Assembly (NCBI RefSeq): GCF_000317145.1
Contig: NC_019697.1
Coordinates: 2,606,385-2,638,384 of the forward strand
DNA length: 32,000 nt
Direction: 5' to 3'
Origin: Chamaesiphon minutus PCC 6605
GTDB taxonomy: Bacteria > Cyanobacteriota > Cyanobacteriia > Cyanobacteriales > Chamaesiphonaceae
Positions within the stretch are counted from its first letter, which is position 1, and each line of letters opens with the position of its first letter. Positions 16,556 to 24,799 of the stretch are shown here, piece after piece. The position numbers and the translations under genes are program-made. Below the pieces are notes generated by a model. That model made no database searches and was not told the DNA's origin. It saw only the letters and a program-made list of their open reading frames with translations.

Positions 16556-17578
16556 CTAACCCTTAACCTCTAGCTGACGACTGATTTGGGAGAGGGTGAA
16601 ACAGACGATCCAGTAAATTAAGCCGATAAATAGATATACTTCTGCATAGCGACCGATAAAATCTGGTTGGGCTAAAACCGATCGAGCAATTCCGGTTAAC
16701 TCCGCTAGGGCGAACAGTGCCAGCAGGGAAGTGTCTTTAAACATGGCAATAAACTGACCGACGATCGCCGGAATTACCATGCGGATGGCTTGGGGTAAGA
16801 CAATCAGCCACAACCGCAATGGCGCGCTCAATCCTAATACCTTGGCGGCTTCAATTTGTCCGCGTGGTAAGGATTGTAAACCACCGCGCACTGTTTCTGC
16901 TAGATATGCCGCGTTGAATAGAATTAAGCCCGCAATCGCCCGCGCCAGTCGATCTAACCGCCAATCTCCAGGTAATAGCAATGGCAATAAAAATTGTGCC
17001 ATGAATAAAATCCCAATCAGTGGAAGTCCACGCACCAGTTCGATATAAATCGTACAAGCGATCCGCAAAATTGGTAAGGAACTTTGTCGCCCTAACGCCA
17101 ACAATACGCCCAGCGGAAAAGCCAGTACAGTACTGATACTCGCCGCCAATAGGGTGAGTAATAACCCATTCCACAAACTATTTTCAACGGGGACTAAACC
17201 AAACCCCCCACCCAACAACCAACTGATGCCAATCGCCGCACAGAAGGCGTAAATCCAGCCCATCCGAGGCGATCGCCGCCGTTGCCCGACCCAGATACTC
17301 ACTGGCAACCCGATCGCCAGCAGCAGCACCAACCACAGCCGCCAGGACTGTTCGGCTGGATATCTACCGACTAGCAACAGGGGTAAATTTTCGCTAATTA
17401 CCGCCCATTTAGCTTTCGTGGCAATCCAAGTTACTGCCGCCGCTAATACTTGGAGGATGAAACCACCCAAGATTAGGGTTAAAATGCCGTTGTACCAAGT
17501 GTTAAATAGATTTTGGCGTAACCACCGCAGTGGAGATCGATCGATAGCTGGTGGGCGGGGAGAGGGTGGATTTGTCAT
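16556..17578 (-). CDS. natH: Amino-acid ABC transporter permease (AapM/NatH type)
   Basis: Multi-span membrane protein with the His/Glu/Gln/Arg-permease EAA-type loop (AAYLAETVRGGLQSLPRGQIEAAKVLGL). I place the start at ATG 17576-17578 (MTNPPSPRPP...). The track start at 17665 is TTG and would translate the heptamer repeat. Confidence 0.8.
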   Translation of the reverse strand: MTNPPSPRPPAIDRSPLRWLRQNLFNTWYNGILTLILGGFILQVLAAAVTWIATKAKWAVISENLPLLLVGRYPAEQSWRLWLVLLLAIGLPVSIWVGQRRRSPRMGWIYAFCAAIGISWLLGGGFGLVPVENSLWNGLLLTLLAASISTVLAFPLGVLLALGRQSSLPILRIACTIYIELVRGLPLIGILFMAQFLLPLLLPGDWRLDRLARAIAGLILFNAAYLAETVRGGLQSLPRGQIEAAKVLGLSAPLRLWLIVLPQAIRMVIPAIVGQFIAMFKDTSLLALFALAELTGIARSVLAQPDFIGRYAEVYLFIGLIYWIVCFTLSQISRQLEVKG

Positions 17579-17587
17579 GTTGAGGAG

Positions 17588-17632
17588 GGGGAAAGGGGAA
17601 AGGGGAAAGGGGAAAGGGGAAAGGGGAAAGGG
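17588..17632. repeat. Tandem heptanucleotide repeat (GGGGAAA) x6 plus a partial unit; (TTTCCCC)n on the coding strand of the nat operon
   Basis: Exact units at 17588, 17595, 17602, 17609, 17616 and 17623, then GGG. It lies in the 91-nt natG-natH spacer, ending 9 nt from the natH ATG. Confidence 0.95.
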
Positions 17633-17669
17633 TTTAAATCGCCTTTTTAAAAACTTCGTTGTCAACTGT

Positions 17670-18614
17670 TTACCTTTCGACTAATTGAATCGATCGATTA
17701 TAAATATTAATCAGCAGTGAAATTGATAAACTCAAGATTAAGTAGGAAACCATGACGATCGCCATTACTTCGACGGCGCGCCCAGTTTGGTTGAAAGTAG
17801 TTGAAGAAATAGCATAGAGATCGGGATAACCGATCGCCACTGCGAGACTAGAGTTTTTGGCTAGGTTTAAATATTGATTGGCTAACGGCGGTAAAATCGC
17901 CCGCAGAGCTTGAGGGAAGACGACCAACCATAATGTAGATAATGGTTTAAGTCCCAGCGATCGCGCTGCTTCTGTTTGTCCACGGGGTACCGACTGAATC
18001 CCACCGCGAATGATTTCGGCAATGAAAGTCCCCGTATAGAGACTCAATCCTGCTAACAAGGAGGCAAACTCTGAGGACATCTGGAGTCCCCAACCCATCA
18101 CCCCACTGCTACTCAGCGTCCAGCCCAGTATTTGCAGTGGATTTGCCGCATTGGGTAGAGTCAAAAACACTGCAAAGTACCAGAAAAAGAGTTGCAACAG
18201 CAGCGGCGTATTGCGGAGCGTTTCCACATAGATCTGGGCGATCGTCCGCACCAACCAATTAGTTGACAACCGCGCCATTCCAGCAGTTATGCCGATCGCC
18301 GTCGCCAATACCAAAGCCAGTCCAATTACTCGCAGCGAATTTATCACGCCAACGAATAAAGCGCGAAGATAGGAATCAGCCGGAGTATAAGGCAAAATCG
18401 TATCGCTAATCGTAAAACCTGCCTGAGAGCCAAGAAAATCAAAACCCAGCCGAATCCCAATTTGCTCCAGATTGAACAGCAAATTATCCCCTAACACTCC
18501 CAACGCGATCGCAATCCCCAACGCTGCGCCAAATTGTCCCGCGCTCTGCCAAAATCGCCGACTCCGCCACACCGGAATCGAACCATCTAATCTTCCCTTC
18601 ACTCGATCGCGCAT
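17670..18614 (-). CDS. natG: Amino-acid ABC transporter permease (AapQ/NatG type)
   Basis: 314-aa membrane ORF. GTFIAEIIRGGIQSVPRGQTEAARSLGL EAA loop. Same strand and order as natF and natH. Confidence 0.8.
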   Translation of the reverse strand: MRDRVKGRLDGSIPVWRSRRFWQSAGQFGAALGIAIALGVLGDNLLFNLEQIGIRLGFDFLGSQAGFTISDTILPYTPADSYLRALFVGVINSLRVIGLALVLATAIGITAGMARLSTNWLVRTIAQIYVETLRNTPLLLQLFFWYFAVFLTLPNAANPLQILGWTLSSSGVMGWGLQMSSEFASLLAGLSLYTGTFIAEIIRGGIQSVPRGQTEAARSLGLKPLSTLWLVVFPQALRAILPPLANQYLNLAKNSSLAVAIGYPDLYAISSTTFNQTGRAVEVMAIVMVSYLILSLSISLLINIYNRSIQLVER

Positions 18615-18724
18615 AGCTCCCTTTTCCTTGGCGTTAAATAATTCCCCCGACTTTAACCAGCCAACTTTATATGTTTGCCGGGAAATGGGATTGTGATGCC
18701 GTATTAAGCAATAGATATCCGAGC

Positions 18725-19594
18725 TTATAACACTGCCATATCTTTAAAGCAACGACGTGTTAACTCCATCCGAAGGGCTGGATCTTTCTCATTCCGAATA
18801 TCGATATTAGTGGCAAAGAAGTAAGTCTTATTTCCTTTCTCCAAATAACCGATATACCATCCAATATTTTGTGTCACTTTACTTCCAAAACCATACCATC
18901 CGGTCTTGCCTCCGATCGTGTATTGTGGAGTTCTTTCATTAATCATTATATCCTTAACGATAGACAGTGACTGCTCAGAAAATGGTAAATCGTTATTATA
19001 GAGACGGCGGAGAAATTGAATTTGCTGTTGAGGGGTAATTTTTAGTAATCCATTTAACCAAAATCGATCGATATCCTCCTTCCTCCCAATATTTTGGTTT
19101 CCATATTTTATCTGAGTTACCCATTGTTGCATTCGCTCATATCCGACTCGACGGGCTAGAACCTGGTAAAACCAGACTGCGGAAATTTTGAATGCTTCTC
19201 TCATATTCAAGTCTCGATTCCATCCAGGAAGCTCTCTTTGAATTCCATCCCACGTAAGCACAGCAATTTCATTGGTAATGACCTTTGTTTCCAATGAAAT
19301 TAGAGAGTTGAGAATTTTGAATGTTGATGCAGCGGGGAAAGCGGTTTTATTCCGTTGTGGATTGTGTTGAAGAACAAGATTATTGTTCGAGTCATAAATC
19401 AGAATTGAACCTTTAACTCCGAGATCTCGAAAGTGTCTTGAAAAGTTAATATTACGATCGATGCTTACGCGAGCGGGCGGTTCAAAGGCTAATTTTTGGA
19501 TTGTCGCATTGGATTGCTGGGCTTGAAATAGAATGGAAACAATGCAGCAGAATGTAACAAAAACAATTATTGCAAACCGGACAATACGATTCAT
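18725..19594 (-). CDS. Class D (OXA-type) beta-lactamase with N-terminal signal/anchor
   Basis: 289-aa ORF with all class D signature elements: S-T-F-K (PAASTFKILN), S-x-V (KISAVWFYQ), Y-G-N (IKYGNQNIG), FWLNGxLKITPxQQIxFL and K-T-G (GGKTGW). Hydrophobic N-terminus FAIIVFVTFCCIVSILF. Clearly more AT-rich than the flanking genes. Confidence 0.8.
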   Translation of the reverse strand: MNRIVRFAIIVFVTFCCIVSILFQAQQSNATIQKLAFEPPARVSIDRNINFSRHFRDLGVKGSILIYDSNNNLVLQHNPQRNKTAFPAASTFKILNSLISLETKVITNEIAVLTWDGIQRELPGWNRDLNMREAFKISAVWFYQVLARRVGYERMQQWVTQIKYGNQNIGRKEDIDRFWLNGLLKITPQQQIQFLRRLYNNDLPFSEQSLSIVKDIMINERTPQYTIGGKTGWYGFGSKVTQNIGWYIGYLEKGNKTYFFATNIDIRNEKDPALRMELTRRCFKDMAVL

Positions 19595-19691
19595 AAGCTT
19601 TCACAGGGCAGGAAGATGTTGAAATAGTTTGATTTCGCAATCGCTGCACGAGCAATCTCGAATTCTCACCAGATGGAACGCAGCCGCATAA

Positions 19692-20759
19692 CTACCTAAA
19701 CGGCGGCGAATATAGCAACCCACCCTGATTCCACAATTGATTTTGACCCCTCGGCAACTTCAGCAGCGTTTGCTCCCCCAGGTTGCGATCGTAGATTTCG
19801 CCATAATTACCGACATGCCTAATAATCCGCAGCGCAAAGTCATTTGGTAATCCCATCCCCTTTCCCAAATCCCCTTCCAAGCCCAACAGCCGCCGCACAG
19901 TTGGATCTGGATTAGTACTCTGCTGTGTCACCGTTTGGGCAGTCAGCTTCATCTCTTCCGCCTCAATCAGGGCGTAAATCGTCCAGCGCACCACATCACC
20001 CCAGCTCGAATCGCCACTGGCGATCGCGGGAGCAAGCGGCTCCTTCGATAAGACTTCCGGTAAAATAATATGATCGTCAGGTTTTGGTAAAGTACTGCGA
20101 CGGGAAACCAGTTGAGATCGATCGGCTGTCACCCCTTCACACCGCCCTTCGGAGTAAGTCGCAAAAGTCGTATTTACATCTTCAAACACCACAGGCGTAT
20201 AGGTTAGCCCCCGCTGACGCATTCGATCGGTCAAATTCTGCTCTGTAGTCGTACCCGTTTGAATACAAATTGCCTTGCCTTTGAGATCGGCTAAAGATTT
20301 AATGCCGCTAGCCTTTTTGACCATAATTCCCTGCCCATCGTAAAATACCGTCGGCGCAAACTCTAACCCCACAGAGGTATCGCGGCTCATGGTATAAGTC
20401 GTATTCCGACTGAGAATATCCACCTCCCCTGATTGCAGGGCAGTGAAACGTTCCTTGGCATTGAGATTACGAAATTCTACGGCTTGAGGATTATCAAAGA
20501 TCGCACTAGCCACCGCTCGACAAATATCGACATCGAGTCCCTGATACTTCCCATCTTTGCCCAAAAAGCTAAATCCTGGCAGTTCGCCACTGACCCCACA
20601 AACCAGTTTGCCCCTACTCAATACCGTCGCCAGTCGTCCCTTTGCTAAGGTTTCCGCTTGCCCAGGGGCTGTCGGCGGCTTAGAGGAAAGCCTAGCACAA
20701 GCAGTGGAAAACATGAATAAAAGGGCGATCGCGCCCCAGCTAAACATTTTTGGGTGCAT
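19692..20759 (-). CDS. natF: Amino-acid ABC transporter periplasmic substrate-binding protein (AapJ/NatF type)
   Basis: 355-aa ORF. Signal peptide with Cys (LLFMFSTAC), then a type 3 solute-binding-protein pattern (LATVLSRGKLVCGVSGELPGFSF...GLDVDICRAVA). Confidence 0.8.
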   Translation of the reverse strand: MHPKMFSWGAIALLFMFSTACARLSSKPPTAPGQAETLAKGRLATVLSRGKLVCGVSGELPGFSFLGKDGKYQGLDVDICRAVASAIFDNPQAVEFRNLNAKERFTALQSGEVDILSRNTTYTMSRDTSVGLEFAPTVFYDGQGIMVKKASGIKSLADLKGKAICIQTGTTTEQNLTDRMRQRGLTYTPVVFEDVNTTFATYSEGRCEGVTADRSQLVSRRSTLPKPDDHIILPEVLSKEPLAPAIASGDSSWGDVVRWTIYALIEAEEMKLTAQTVTQQSTNPDPTVRRLLGLEGDLGKGMGLPNDFALRIIRHVGNYGEIYDRNLGEQTLLKLPRGQNQLWNQGGLLYSPPFR

Positions 20760-21012
20760 ATAATGACTAATCAGGGATCGTCGGTCTAGATCTAAGAATA
20801 TATCCTAATCACCAAAAATCTAGGGTAGCAGTAACATTGTTCCTGACGAACATTTTGCGGTACCCATTGTGCTATTTAATTAGGTATAAATTTGTAGATC
20901 GATCGAGAACAAGAGTGCAACTTGCCGAAATTAAAAGTTTAGCTCGGTCGATATTTTATCAAGAATTATATTTATTTTCTAAATTGCTAGCAACTCGTAC
21001 ATTTTGACATAC

Positions 21013-21828
21013 ATGAACAGTCGCACACTTCAAGAATTTACTCCTGTCAAATTAGCCGATCGCCAAGCCCCAAAACTATCGGTTGAAAATCTTTCCAAAT
21101 CTTACCCCGTCCGAGGAGATCGACACTTAACAGTACTAGAAAATATCAATCTTGAAATTTTCCCCAGAGAATTTACTTGTCTGGTGGGAGCATCTGGTTG
21201 TGGCAAGTCAACTCTGCTCAATATTATCGCCGGACTCACCCCACCTTCTACCGGAAAGGTATTGGTAGACGGTCGCTCGGTCACAGGTAAACCAGGTTCC
21301 GATCGCGGGATGGTATTTCAAGGTTATACCCTTTATCCGTGGTTGACAGTCGCCCAAAATATCGCTTTTGGGTTGCAATTCCAGCACATGTCCAAATCAG
21401 AACAGCGGGACAAGGTTAGTTACTTCCTGAATGTGGTGGGGCTAGAAAAATTTGCCAATAGTTATCCCAAACAGTTATCGGGGGGAATGAAACAGCGGGT
21501 GGCGATCGCCAGAGCGTTAGCGAACGAACCTGCCGTGCTATTGATGGATGAGCCGTTTGGTGCCTTGGACGCTCAAACTAAAGAGCAAATGCAAGAATTT
21601 TTACTCGAACTGTGGTCGAAAACCCATGTCACGGTATTGATGATTACTCACGATGTCGAAGAGGCGATCTATCTGTCCCAGCGGATATATGTATTGAGTT
21701 GTCGTCCGGGTCGAGTTAAAAGTGAGATTACCATCGATCTACCCGAACATCGCGAACTCGATATTAAGCTCGCGCCTGAATTTGTCGCCATTAAGCGGCA
21801 GGTGCTTCAACTCATGCGCCAGGAGTAG
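21013..21828 (+). CDS. NitT/TauT-family (nitrate/sulfonate/bicarbonate-type) ABC transporter ATP-binding protein
   Basis: Walker A GASGCGKST, signature [15 protein letters not shown], Walker B VLLMDEPFGALD, H-loop ITHDVEEA. First ATG at 21013; the track start at 21004 is TTG. Confidence 0.85.
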   Translation: MNSRTLQEFTPVKLADRQAPKLSVENLSKSYPVRGDRHLTVLENINLEIFPREFTCLVGASGCGKSTLLNIIAGLTPPSTGKVLVDGRSVTGKPGSDRGMVFQGYTLYPWLTVAQNIAFGLQFQHMSKSEQRDKVSYFLNVVGLEKFANSYPKQLSGGMKQRVAIARALANEPAVLLMDEPFGALDAQTKEQMQEFLLELWSKTHVTVLMITHDVEEAIYLSQRIYVLSCRPGRVKSEITIDLPEHRELDIKLAPEFVAIKRQVLQLMRQE

Positions 21829-21852
21829 GGAGATGGCAACCAAACAAGTCGG

Positions 21853-21883
21853 CGATTCTCGTTCCGAGAGGCTTTGCCAACGC
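21853..21883 (-). repeat. Copy of the dispersed short-hairpin repeat
   Basis: Reverse complement GCGTTGGCAAAGCCTCTCGGAACGAGAATCG aligns with 11222-11252 and 30061-30090. Confidence 0.65.
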
Positions 21884-22086
21884 TAGTTTGCCACACAACT
21901 GTATTTTGGAGTATTCGGCAAGGATTTTCTAAGCCTTGAAAATTTCGATCGTTACCTTGGGCGTGGTGCGGTACAACATGATTAGGGTGGCTGATGCGGT
22001 CAAGTTCATTCCCACCGAGACGATCGATGTTGCCTATTTTTAATTCAAGTTCATTTATTTAATCGATCTATTACTTCTAAGTTTTC

Positions 22087-23106
22087 ATGTTCAAAATATC
22101 GGCTTGGTTTCGCTCTGTTTTATTAGTTCTGATTGCTTTCACATTGACTATTGCTTGTAGCCAAAAACCAAATCCTACTGCACCTGGAGCGAGTCCCGCA
22201 CCGACAACTGCATCCTCGCCCCTAGTCTCCGCAGCTTACAACTGGGTCGGTTATTCCAGTCATTATGTGGCCGTGAAACAGGAACTATTTGCAAAGGAAG
22301 GCTTGAATGTTCAGGACTTATTTTTTCAGAGTGCTAGTGAAGAAATTACTGCGGTACTAGCAGGTAAAGTGGATATCGCTTGGTTGACTTCGGGCGATGC
22401 CATTCAGACAGCGGCGAAGGATCCATCCCTTAAGATCGTCTATTTGGTCGATTATTCTAATGGTGCTGATGGGATCCTCGGTCGCAACATTGCCACCCCA
22501 AAGGATGCCAAAGGCAAAAATGCTGCCCGTGAAAATGTGCTGTTTGAGAAGGTGTTGCTCCAAGCCTATTTAAAACAGGGGGGCTTAACTGAAGCCGACT
22601 TGAAGATTAGGGATATGGAAGCTGGCGCAGCCGCTGCTGCTTTTGCCGCCAAGCAAGTCGATCTGGCGGTGACTTATGAGCCTTTCCTGACCAAAAATGC
22701 CAAGTTAGGCGGGGGTCAAATCATCTTTTCCAGCAAAGATACCAACCTAATTGCCGATGTAGTGGTAGTAAGAGACAAGCTCATCAAAACGCGATCGAAA
22801 GATCTCCAGGCTTATTTCCGCGCGGTGGATAAAGCAGTAAAATTAGTGATGGCTGGCGATCCAGCGGCTCTGAAAATTGCTGGTGACAAAATGGGCGTAA
22901 CTGCGGCGGAAGTCAAAGAACAGTTGTCTGGGGTTAAGTTGTTTGATGTAGCTGGCAACAAAGCGATCGCGTTCAACAAAGCCGATCCCAAGAGTTTGAT
23001 TGGGAATCTAGAACTAACAGCCAAGGCTGCTGAAGAGTTTAAGATTGTGACTCAACCAATCAAAGTCGAATCATTGTACGACGATTCGATCGTCAAATCA
23101 ATCTAG
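22087..23106 (+). CDS. NMT1/THI5-like (NitT/TauT-family) ABC transporter substrate-binding lipoprotein
   Basis: 339-aa ORF. Lipobox-like LTIAC after a hydrophobic N-terminus. WVGYSSHYVAVKQELFAKEGLNVQ and TYEPFLTK fit the aliphatic sulfonate/nitrate-type binding-protein family. Confidence 0.7.
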   Translation: MFKISAWFRSVLLVLIAFTLTIACSQKPNPTAPGASPAPTTASSPLVSAAYNWVGYSSHYVAVKQELFAKEGLNVQDLFFQSASEEITAVLAGKVDIAWLTSGDAIQTAAKDPSLKIVYLVDYSNGADGILGRNIATPKDAKGKNAARENVLFEKVLLQAYLKQGGLTEADLKIRDMEAGAAAAAFAAKQVDLAVTYEPFLTKNAKLGGGQIIFSSKDTNLIADVVVVRDKLIKTRSKDLQAYFRAVDKAVKLVMAGDPAALKIAGDKMGVTAAEVKEQLSGVKLFDVAGNKAIAFNKADPKSLIGNLELTAKAAEEFKIVTQPIKVESLYDDSIVKSI

Positions 23107-23160
23107 TGTACGATTCAACGATCTAAACGACTTATTTGAATTGAGAATGGCAGGGTTAGT

Positions 23161-23208
23161 CAGCGACTAAAGTCGCTGCTAGTGTTGCTAAGTCCGCCTG
23201 CGCGGACT
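23161..23208. repeat. Twin GC-rich hairpins (REP-like element / possible terminator) downstream of the binding-protein gene
   Basis: CAGCGAC-TAAA-GTCGCTG (23161-23178) and AGTCCGC-CTGC-GCGGACT (23191-23208). Two perfect 7-bp stems with 4-nt loops and no U-tract. Confidence 0.6.
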
Positions 23209-23309
23209 AAAACTAGAAGCAATATTTGTCTGACCGAACCGTATTGGGGGTGGGCTATTTGCTACTGCCATTATTTTTATTAACCAACAACCTCAACCAG
23301 TGAAGATCG

Positions 23310-24671
23310 ATGTCTGAAACCTTACCGCCAGAAATTCAAGCTTTGCAAACATCCTTAGCATCCCAAGGCGTTAAGTATGCCTTGGCGAGCTTTGCGGATA
23401 TTCATGGGATGTGTAAAGCCAAATCCGTCCCGTTGGCTCATTTGGGACAGATGATGGCCGGATCTGAACTATTTACTGGCGCGGCTCTGGATGGAGTGCC
23501 GCAGGAGGTGAGCGATGATGAAGTCGCTGCCCATCCCGATCCAGATTCTGCCACAATTTTGCCCTGGAATCCGACAGTAGCCTGGTTTGCCAGTGATTTG
23601 TATCTGGGGGACAAGCCTTTTGCAGCTTGCAGTCGGGGCATTCTAAAACAGGTTTTAGCTGAAGCGGCGGCGATGGGCTTTACCTTGAATCTGGGGATTG
23701 AAACAGAATTTTTTATCTTAAAAGAAGCGGCAGATGGCAAAGTAACGGCTGTAAGCGATCGCGATATCCTGGCAAAACCTGCATACGATGTCCAGACATT
23801 ATTAGATAACTACGAGTGGGTTACTGAAATTGTCGAAGCCATGAACCAACTGGGCTGGGATGTGTATTCCTTCGACCATGAAGATGGCAATGGCCAGTTT
23901 GAGACAGATTTTGGTTATTGTGATGCGTTAAAAATGGCCGATCGATTGGTATTTTTTCGGTTAATGGCCAAGGAAATTGCCCGTAAGCACGGTTTCTTCG
24001 CAACGTTCATGCCGAAGCCGTTTGCTAACATGACGGGTAGTGGTGCCCATTTCAATATGTCTTTAGCAGATATCCAGACCGGAGAAAATCTGTTTTACGA
24101 TCCTAGCGATATCAGGGGATGTAAGCTCTCCACCCTAGGCTACCAGTTTATTGCTGGGGTATTAAAACACGCACCCGCGATCTGTGCGACGATCGCACCG
24201 ACGGTGAATAGTTATAAGCGGTTGATCGCCAGGGGCAGTATGTCAGGATTTACCTGGGCACCTGTTTATGTTTGCTACGGTAATAATAACCGCACCAACA
24301 TGTTGCGAATTCCAATGGCAGGGGGACGAGTCGAATGTCGAGCCGCAGACATTTCTTGTAATCCTTATTTGGGAGCGGCGATGATTTTGGCTGCCGGACT
24401 GGAAGGGATTCGGGAAGGACTCGATCCGGGCGAGCCACATACTGAAAATATGTACAACTATTCCATGGCAGAGTTGGCGGAGATGAAAATCTCGTTTCTG
24501 CCCCGAACCTTGGGTGAAGCGATCGCCGCTTTTGCAGCCGATCCACTCAGTGAAAAAGTAATGGGATCTTTGATGTACAAGAGTTATATAGATTTCAAAA
24601 CTCAGGAGTGGCAGGAATATCACAGTCATGTCTCAGATTGGGAAATTCAGCGTTATCTCAAGTTTTTTTGA
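23310..24671 (+). CDS. Glutamine synthetase family protein (GlnA-like type I fold; possibly a gamma-glutamyl-amine ligase)
   Basis: 453-aa ORF with GS motifs: FADIHGMCKAKSVP (beta-grasp), NLGIETEFFILKE, DHEDGNGQFETDF, ATFMPKPF, GSGAHFNMSL, NSYKRL, NNRTNMLRIP and ECRAADISCNPYL. Confidence 0.8.
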   Translation: MSETLPPEIQALQTSLASQGVKYALASFADIHGMCKAKSVPLAHLGQMMAGSELFTGAALDGVPQEVSDDEVAAHPDPDSATILPWNPTVAWFASDLYLGDKPFAACSRGILKQVLAEAAAMGFTLNLGIETEFFILKEAADGKVTAVSDRDILAKPAYDVQTLLDNYEWVTEIVEAMNQLGWDVYSFDHEDGNGQFETDFGYCDALKMADRLVFFRLMAKEIARKHGFFATFMPKPFANMTGSGAHFNMSLADIQTGENLFYDPSDIRGCKLSTLGYQFIAGVLKHAPAICATIAPTVNSYKRLIARGSMSGFTWAPVYVCYGNNNRTNMLRIPMAGGRVECRAADISCNPYLGAAMILAAGLEGIREGLDPGEPHTENMYNYSMAELAEMKISFLPRTLGEAIAAFAADPLSEKVMGSLMYKSYIDFKTQEWQEYHSHVSDWEIQRYLKFF

Positions 24672-24799
24672 TGTGTCGATCTGCACCAGCATCTACTGCG
24701 AGTAATCGATCGACCGTAGTCACCCAGCCAATCGCGCCATTCTCTGAGAGTAGGAGATCGATCGCTACTAGCTTTTCGATCGGAACTAATACCTATAAA

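Noticed and set aside
17588-17632. Possible CRISPR-like or coding repeat
   Set aside because: The unit is only 7 nt, strictly tandem and without spacers, so it is not a CRISPR array. It is translated as PFPLSPF... only if the TTG at 17665 is used, which I consider unlikely given the ATG at 17578.
17579-17665. TTG-initiated N-terminal extension of natH (MTTKFLKRRFKPFPLSPFPFPLSPFPLLN)
   Set aside because: It uses a non-ATG start, its sequence is dictated by the heptamer repeat, and the AapM-type conserved N-terminus begins after the internal ATG.
21853-21883. TCCGAGAG resembles part of the guanidine-I (ykkC) riboswitch core, upstream of a transporter gene near urease
   Set aside because: I could not find the remaining ykkC consensus (the ACGGCGGGA...AAAGCCCGGGAGA-type 3' half or the CUAGGGUUCCG 5' element). 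The segment is clearly a copy of the dispersed hairpin repeat in reverse orientation.
21901-21914. NtcA-like site GTATTTTGGAGTAT (GTA-N8-TAT) upstream of the binding-protein gene
   Set aside because: The last base deviates from GTA-N8-TAC, and I see no convincing -10 box ~22 nt downstream. The match is too weak to call without data.
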